Of a stretch of DNA of 64,000 bases, positions 58,441-64,000 are shown piece after piece. This DNA comes from Candidatus Pacearchaeota archaeon (GTDB lineage Archaea > Nanobdellota > Nanobdellia > Pacearchaeales > GW2011-AR1), in assembly GCA_038740375.1 (NCBI GenBank), contig JAVYLW010000006.1:4516-68515 (forward strand), given 5' to 3'. The notes under the pieces are model-generated. The model did not search any database, was not told the DNA's origin, and saw nothing but the letters and a program-made list of their open reading frames with translations. The position numbers and the translations under genes were made by a program. How positions within the stretch are numbered: position 1 is the stretch's first letter; every line of letters begins with the position of its first letter.

Positions 58441-59160
58441 ATGGAAATACCTGATATGCAGCATCAAGTAATGGGTTATGATAGAAGTGCAACTATGTTT
58501 TCTCCTGATGGACATATCCTTCAAGTAGAATATGCTGAAAAAACTGTTAGATTAGGTAATGCAAGTATTGGAGTAAATTGTTCAGATGGTGTTTTAATAG
58601 TTGCAGACAAAGGAGTTAAAGACAGTCTAATTGTTCCTGATTCTATTGAAAAAATTTATGAAATTGATGAGCATATAATGGCTAGTGCAGCAGGATTTAT
58701 TTCTGATGCTAGAATACTTGCTAATCATATTAGAGTTACAGCTCAGCAACATAGAGTAATTTATGATTCTCCAATTGATGTTGAATCAGTGATGAGAGAA
58801 GTTGCTGATATTCAACAACAATATACACAACATCCTGGAGTAAGACCTTTTGGAATAGCAATGATAGTTGCAGGTGTAAATGGCGAAGAATCAAAACTTT
58901 TTACAAGCAATATTACCGGAAATTATTTTGAATATAATGCAGTTGCTATTGGAGAAAATGATGAAAAAATAAAAGAAATACTAAGAAAAAAATATAAAAA
59001 AGAAATCAAAATCGAAGAAGCTTTAAAATTATGTCTTGAAATATTCAAAGAAGTATTGGGTGATAAATTTGATATAGGCAGGTTTAATGCGAGTTTAATT
59101 AAAAAAGGAGAAGGAAAAATAAAAAGATTAAAACAAGAAGAATTAAAAAAATACATCTAA
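58441..59160 (+). CDS. psmA: Proteasome subunit alpha
   Basis: GYDRSATMFSPDGHILQVEYA, RPFG, AIG; GGAG RBS upstream. Confidence 0.97.
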   Translation: MEIPDMQHQVMGYDRSATMFSPDGHILQVEYAEKTVRLGNASIGVNCSDGVLIVADKGVKDSLIVPDSIEKIYEIDEHIMASAAGFISDARILANHIRVTAQQHRVIYDSPIDVESVMREVADIQQQYTQHPGVRPFGIAMIVAGVNGEESKLFTSNITGNYFEYNAVAIGENDEKIKEILRKKYKKEIKIEEALKLCLEIFKEVLGDKFDIGRFNASLIKKGEGKIKRLKQEELKKYI

Positions 59161-59161
59161 A

Positions 59162-59839
59162 ATGACAGATACACTAGCAAGACTTAAAAGTGGTAAAATG
59201 ACTTTTGAAACTATGGTTGATTTAGATAATGCAATTAAATTAAAAAGAGGAGAAAAAGTAGATATTAATGATGTAATAAGAGACGTTGCGATATACACAG
59301 ATCAAAAAAAAGGATTTAAAGCTGGAAAAAACGAACTTATGAATTATTTTTCTACAACAGATTTTCCAACAATTGTTGAAAAAATAGTAAAGAAAGGAGA
59401 AATTGAAATTACTAAAGAATTTAGAGATGAAGCTCTTGAAAATAGAAAAAAACAGATAATAGATTTTCTTTCTAGAAATGCTATTGACAGTAGGACTAAC
59501 AGACCTTTTACACCTGATATGATAAAAGATTCAATAAAACAAGCAAAAATTAAAATAGAAAATCAGCCTGTTGAAAAACAAATAAAAAATATAATTGAGA
59601 AATTAAAAACAGTAATTCCAATAAAACTTGATACTAAAAAAATTAAAATAAAAATTCCTCCACAATTTACAGGACAGACTTATGGGCTTATTCAAGAATA
59701 TAAAGAAAAAGAAGAATGGCTCTCTGATGGAACATTAGAAGTTATTGTCTTAATTCCTACAGGATTATTAATGGATTTTTATGATAGATTAAATAAAATA
59801 ACTCATGGTGCAACCATAACTCAAGAGTTAAAGGAATAA
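59162..59839 (+). CDS. Ribosome maturation factor SBDS/Sdo1
   Basis: ARLKSGKMTFE...IYTDQKKG, QII..LSRNAID.RT..P; canonical position after psmA. Confidence 0.93.
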   Translation: MTDTLARLKSGKMTFETMVDLDNAIKLKRGEKVDINDVIRDVAIYTDQKKGFKAGKNELMNYFSTTDFPTIVEKIVKKGEIEITKEFRDEALENRKKQIIDFLSRNAIDSRTNRPFTPDMIKDSIKQAKIKIENQPVEKQIKNIIEKLKTVIPIKLDTKKIKIKIPPQFTGQTYGLIQEYKEKEEWLSDGTLEVIVLIPTGLLMDFYDRLNKITHGATITQELKE

Positions 59840-59841
59840 AA

Positions 59842-60159
59842 ATGTTAGTGCTTACTAGAGGAAGAAATCAAAGTATTCTTATTGGAAACATAGAATTAAT
59901 TGTAAAAGACATAAGAAAAGATGAAGTAATGATAGAGATAGATTATCCTTCAAATATTTCTGTATATAGAATAGAAATTTATCAATCTCTTGAAGAACAA
60001 AGACTTGAAAAAGAATTCACATCATATTTAAATAAAGAAGATTATGAAAAAGCATTTGATATTTTTTACGAATGTAGAGGAATTATAGGAACTCGAAGTG
60101 AAATTGAAAAAATGATATCTGGATTAAAAAATATAAATTATAAAAATAATAAAAAATGA
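59842..60159 (+). CDS. csrA: Carbon storage regulator CsrA-like RNA-binding protein with a C-terminal helical extension
   Basis: MLVLTRGRNQSILIG...EVMIEIDYPSNISVYRIEIYQ aligns by eye with the CsrA pattern MLILTRRVGETLMIG...[21 protein letters not shown]. Confidence 0.85.
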   Translation: MLVLTRGRNQSILIGNIELIVKDIRKDEVMIEIDYPSNISVYRIEIYQSLEEQRLEKEFTSYLNKEDYEKAFDIFYECRGIIGTRSEIEKMISGLKNINYKNNKK

Positions 60160-60854
60160 CAAAAAAAGAATCGGAAATGATTTTAGATAATAAATCTGAA
60201 AGAAAACTCGTAGTACCTGGTGAAACAATTATTAAAGGTGATAATTATTTACCTGGAGATTTTACAAGAAAAGAAGGAGAAGAAATTGTTGCTAATAGAT
60301 ACGGCTATGTAGAAATTTCTGGAAGAGTTGTTAAAATAATTCCAATTTCCGGAGTTTTCGAGCCTAGAAGAGGGAATACTGTTATTGGAAGAGTAGAAGA
60401 TATTACTTTTAATGGTTGGATTATGGACATTGGTGCTCCTTATTCTTCTTTTTTACCTTTAACTGAATGTCCAAGGTATATTGACAGAAATAATATTGCA
60501 GAATTTGCTGATATAGGTGATGTAATGACAGTAAAAATAGTTTGTGTAAAAAAAGGAGGAATAGATCTTACTCTAAAATCAAGAGGTTTAGGAAAACTTA
60601 ATGAAGGAAGAATTATAAGAATAAATCCTCATAAAGTTCCAAGAGTTATTGGAAAAGAAGGAAGCATGATAAACTTAATAAAAGGAAAAACAAATACAGA
60701 AATAATAGTAGGTCAAAACGGTTTTATTTGGATAAAAGGAGACATTGAAGGAGAAAAAAAAGCAGAAGAAACAATAAAATTAATTGCTGATGAAGCAGGG
60801 ACTTGTGGCTTAACTGATAAAATAGAAAAATTTCTTAATGGAGGAAAAAAATAA
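60156..60854 (+). CDS. rrp4: Exosome complex RNA-binding protein Rrp4
   Basis: LVVPGE, S1 domain (YEP-like FEPRRGNTVIG), KH KVPRVIGKEGSM, VGQNGFIWI. Confidence 0.96.
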   Translation: MTKKESEMILDNKSERKLVVPGETIIKGDNYLPGDFTRKEGEEIVANRYGYVEISGRVVKIIPISGVFEPRRGNTVIGRVEDITFNGWIMDIGAPYSSFLPLTECPRYIDRNNIAEFADIGDVMTVKIVCVKKGGIDLTLKSRGLGKLNEGRIIRINPHKVPRVIGKEGSMINLIKGKTNTEIIVGQNGFIWIKGDIEGEKKAEETIKLIADEAGTCGLTDKIEKFLNGGKK

Positions 60855-61571
60855 ATGGTTTATAAAAAAAGATTAGATGGAAGAGGATTTGATGAATTAA
60901 GACCTATTAAAGCTGAAGTAGGAATTATTCCTAATGCAGATGGTTCTGCACTATTTGCATTTGGAAAAACCGTTGCAATTGCAGCAGTTTATGGCCCAAA
61001 ACCTTTTCATCCTCAACATATGCAAGAGCCTGATAGAGGAGTAATAAGATGTAATTATAATATGTTACCTTTTTCTGTAGGTGAAAGAGCAAAACCAGGG
61101 CCTAGCAGAAGAAGTAAAGAGATATCTATGGTAGCTGGAAATGCTTTATCTTCTGTTGTAGATCTGTCTAGATTTCCAGGAACTGTTATAGATGTAGAAA
61201 TTATGATATTGCAAGCAAACGCCTCAACAAGATGTGCTGGAATAAATGCTGCTGTAATGGCACTTGCTCATGCTGGAATTGTTATGAAAGAAATGATTTC
61301 TTCAGTTTCAATTGGAAAAATAGATGATAAAATTGTTGTTGATATTACAAAAGAAGAAGAAGATTATGAAGAAGGTGAAGGTGCCACAGACATTCCATTC
61401 ACAATAACATCTAGAACAAATCAAATAACTCATCTTCAACTTGATGGAAGAATACCTGTCCATAGATTTCCTGAAGTAATTGAAGCTGCTAAAAAAGCTT
61501 GTGAAAAAATACTCGATTATCAAATTAGAGCATTAAAAGGAGAAAAAATAAACGAAAATAGTAAAGAATAA
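60855..61571 (+). CDS. rrp41: Exosome complex exonuclease Rrp41
   Basis: RLDGR...ELRP, ADGSA, AAVYGP, YNMLPFS, RRSKEIS, LQLDG. Confidence 0.96.
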   Translation: MVYKKRLDGRGFDELRPIKAEVGIIPNADGSALFAFGKTVAIAAVYGPKPFHPQHMQEPDRGVIRCNYNMLPFSVGERAKPGPSRRSKEISMVAGNALSSVVDLSRFPGTVIDVEIMILQANASTRCAGINAAVMALAHAGIVMKEMISSVSIGKIDDKIVVDITKEEEDYEEGEGATDIPFTITSRTNQITHLQLDGRIPVHRFPEVIEAAKKACEKILDYQIRALKGEKINENSKE

Positions 61572-61572
61572 A

Positions 61573-62388
61573 ATGCAGATACCTAATATAAATAAAAGAA
61601 AAATAATACAGTTATTAAAAGAAGGAAAAAGACTTTGTGGAAGAAAAAAATTTGAATATAGAGAAATCCAAATCGAAACAGGAATTTCTATTAATGCTGA
61701 AGGTTCTGCAAGAGTTAAAATCGGAAAAACTGAAGTAATAGTCGGAGTTAAAATGGATATTCAAGAGCCTTATCCTGACCATGAAGATGAAGGGACTTTA
61801 ATTACATCTATGGAATTTTCAGCTATAGCTGAAGAAAGATATGAATCAGGACCTCCCCAAATTGATTCAATCGAAGTAGCAAGAGTTGTTGATAGAGGTA
61901 TAAGAGAATCAGGATTCATTGACTGGAAAAAATTATGTATTAAAAAAGGAGAAAAAGTTTGGAGTATTTTAATAGATATTTATTGTATGAATGATGACGG
62001 AAATGTAATAGATGCTAGCTCTATTGGAGCAGTTGCAGCTTTAAAAGTAGCAAGATTTCCAGTTTATGATGAGAAAACCGAAAAAATAAAATTTGGTGAA
62101 TTTACAGATGAACCTCTTCCTCTAACTAATAATATACCTTTAACAATGACTTTTTATAAAATAGGAGAATATATAATAATGGATCCTACAAGAGAGGAAG
62201 AAGATGCTGCTGATGCAAGATTAACTTTTGCAGTATCTTGTCCAAAAAAAGAGAAAATAATAAACGCCTTGCAAAAAGGTGGAATTACCTCAATTTCTAT
62301 TGAAGAAATTAAAAGTATGATAGAACAAGTAGAAGAAACATATGATAAAATATTTCCTGATATTGAAAAAAAATTAAAATTGTATTGA
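61573..62388 (+). CDS. rrp42: Exosome complex component Rrp42
   Basis: AEGSA.VKIG.T, ESGPP, RVVDRGIRES, DDGNVIDA, DPTREEE. Confidence 0.96.
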   Translation: MQIPNINKRKIIQLLKEGKRLCGRKKFEYREIQIETGISINAEGSARVKIGKTEVIVGVKMDIQEPYPDHEDEGTLITSMEFSAIAEERYESGPPQIDSIEVARVVDRGIRESGFIDWKKLCIKKGEKVWSILIDIYCMNDDGNVIDASSIGAVAALKVARFPVYDEKTEKIKFGEFTDEPLPLTNNIPLTMTFYKIGEYIIMDPTREEEDAADARLTFAVSCPKKEKIINALQKGGITSISIEEIKSMIEQVEETYDKIFPDIEKKLKLY

Positions 62389-62476
62389 AAAAATAAAGAA
62401 GTTTAATTCACATAAAACCGCATAATTTATAAACATATATTTTAACAATATAATATAAAAAATAAATTCAATTAAT

Positions 62477-62944
62477 ATGACGAATATAGAATCACTAGAA
62501 GACCTAGAAAAAAAATTCACGAAATATGAAATAGCTAGGATTATTGGAGCTAGAAGTTTGCAACTTTCTATGGATGCTCCTATACTTTTAAAAATGACAA
62601 AAGAAGAAGAGGAAGAACTTAATTATGATACTTTAAAAATTGCTGAAAAAGAGTTAATTGCAGGAGTTTTACCTATAACTGTAAGAAGACCTTTACCTAA
62701 AAAATCTTCAAAAGTAATTAAAAAACTATCAGAAGAAGAGATAAAAGAAAAACTTGAAGAAAAAGCTAAAAAAGAAGAAAAACTTGAAGAAAAAACTGAA
62801 ATTGAATCTGAAAGTGAAGGTGTTATTGAAGAATCAGAAGATTTAGAAAAAAGAGAAAAGATTGATATTGAAGATGAATTAATGGAAATGGCAACTCCTG
62901 AAGATGAAATAGAAGAAGAGGAAGATATAAACGAATATGAGTAG
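62477..62944 (+). CDS. rpoK: RNA polymerase subunit K (Rpo6) with a long acidic C-terminal tail
   Basis: FTKYEIARIIGARSLQLSMDAP...IAEKEL..GVLPITVRR core, then about 80 Glu/Lys-rich residues. Confidence 0.95.
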   Translation: MTNIESLEDLEKKFTKYEIARIIGARSLQLSMDAPILLKMTKEEEEELNYDTLKIAEKELIAGVLPITVRRPLPKKSSKVIKKLSEEEIKEKLEEKAKKEEKLEEKTEIESESEGVIEESEDLEKREKIDIEDELMEMATPEDEIEEEEDINEYE

Positions 62945-63284
62945 ATTTCTCTATGTTAATTTCTTTTATTTCATAGAATATAAAATTAAAATTTTATTTT
63001 TAAATTAATAATATTAAAAATTTTATAATATTAAACCCATAAGATAAAATTTCTTAAAATCAAGATACTAAAAAAAGTATATTTTCTATAAAGAGATTAT
63101 CTTTACATTCTTAATTTTATCAAAAAAATATATAACAAGAGTATTTGTATTTATATCTCATTTATACCTATTATTATATAAATTTTATTTATGCTTGTAA
63201 TTAATAAAAAGATTCTACCTCCGAAATGAATTTGAAATAATTATAGAAAAACTTTATGTAATCATTTTTCTTTTATTTAAATAA

Positions 63285-64000
63285 TTATTCTAATTCTCCT
63301 GTAAAATCAGTTAATTTTGCATTAAAAGGAATTTTTTTATTTTTACAATATTCTCTTGCTAAAATAAACAAGACGCATCCTATTGATTTTTTTGCTTTAT
63401 TATTGCAAGGTATAATCTTTGCAATACCTGTTGTAAAGTTATTTGTATCGCAAAGACTAAGAACTGGTTTTTTTAATTTTATTGTATCATTTAAAGCATT
63501 TTTATCCATCCAAGGGTCACATATTATAGTTAATTCAGCTTCAAAAAAATCATCTAATATTAAATTAGTAGTTATACCTGGAGGATATTTTTTCGTAAAT
63601 ACTTTTATTCCTGTAATTTCTCCAAACTTTTCTGCAGCAGACCATCCAGCTTCTCTCTTACAAATTAAATATATTTCTTTAGGTTCATAATTAGACATAA
63701 AATCTATTGCTTCTCTTAATTTCTCATCTATTAGAGCAGTGTTTATTACAGCAAGTCCATCTGCTCTTCTTTTATAAACAAATTTTCTCATATGAGGTGT
63801 TATAACTTTTGTTCCTAAATGCACTGCACATTTAATATAATCCTCTAAAGGAATTAAAGTTTCTTTTTTACCATCAACATTTTTCTTTTCTTCCAAAATG
63901 TCTTTTTCTGTAATTTGTTCAGAAATCTCTTGTATTTCTTCATCAGATAAATCCTCTTTAGACTTTTTTGATTCTTTAATCTCTGTTAGAATTTCATTAT
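63285..64000 (-). CDS. rps2: 30S ribosomal protein S2 (uS2), N-terminus beyond the right window edge
   Basis: LIPLEDYIKCAVHLGT...RRADG, DTNN, IPCNNK. The frame stays open upstream of the TTG at 63896 (NEILTEIKESKKSKEDLSDEEIQEISEQITEKDIL) to the window end. Confidence 0.95.
   Translation of the reverse strand, partial: NEILTEIKESKKSKEDLSDEEIQEISEQITEKDILEEKKNVDGKKETLIPLEDYIKCAVHLGTKVITPHMRKFVYKRRADGLAVINTALIDEKLREAIDFMSNYEPKEIYLICKREAGWSAAEKFGEITGIKVFTKKYPPGITTNLILDDFFEAELTIICDPWMDKNALNDTIKLKKPVLSLCDTNNFTTGIAKIIPCNNKAKKSIGCVLFILAREYCKNKKIPFNAKLTDFTGELE

Noticed and set aside
7789-61523. The remaining short opposite-strand or nested ORFs in the track (e.g. 7789, 9597, 13262, 13523, 18229, 28496, 30040, 32459, 34860, 35530, 35974, 38665, 43044, 46920, 47467, 48703, 50643, 51793, 54462, 54803, 56513, 58923, 61308; also 63403)
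   Set aside because: All overlap well-supported genes and have the hydrophobic, low-complexity composition expected of antisense frames in AT-rich DNA.
60855-61571. Possible inactivation of Rrp41 (QANASTR instead of QADAG[ST]R; lengthened ED...TD loop)
   Set aside because: The RNA-binding Arg residues, the S/T-R phosphate site and the acidic catalytic residues are still present, so there is no support for loss of activity without an alignment.
62945-63284. Hidden ncRNA in the rpoK-rps2 convergent gap
   Set aside because: Very AT-rich, with no stable helices or GC enrichment seen; consistent with terminators and spacer.

Overview
AT-rich chromosomal segment of a DPANN-type archaeon. A Pacearchaeota/Woesearchaeota-like lineage is inferred from gene content and TATA/BRE-like promoters; no search was run. 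Left to right: truncated argS; a PgsA-family transferase; tRNA-Leu(UAA); two DedA/VTT genes flanking a Cys-rich surface protein; a probable IS200/IS605 end remnant; a 263-nt SRP RNA; a type IV pilus locus (7 class III signal-peptide proteins, ATPase, two TadC-like proteins); archease-rtcB; a surface-protein island with a 1,499-bp apparently identical direct repeat; oapABC; trxA/trxB; a GLUG beta-helix protein; the CCA-adding enzyme; TrmB; signal peptidase; a presenilin-family protease; aCPSF1-psmB; a pentameric ligand-gated ion channel; tmk; mre11-rad50; HemK2; RNase J; a modular subtilase; and the pop5-psmA-SBDS-rrp4-rrp41-rrp42 superoperon followed by rpoK and truncated rps2. The strongest candidate for an undescribed system is a bacterial-type CsrA RNA-binding protein embedded and translationally coupled between SBDS and rrp4 in the archaeal exosome operon. 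Also notable are an SRP RNA that appears to lack helix 6 and its GNRA loop, twin adhesins with different heads on an identical stalk, a shortened pLGIC, and a subtilase with a degenerate PHP domain preceded by a candidate cognate inhibitor. No CRISPR array, rRNA or intact transposase was seen.
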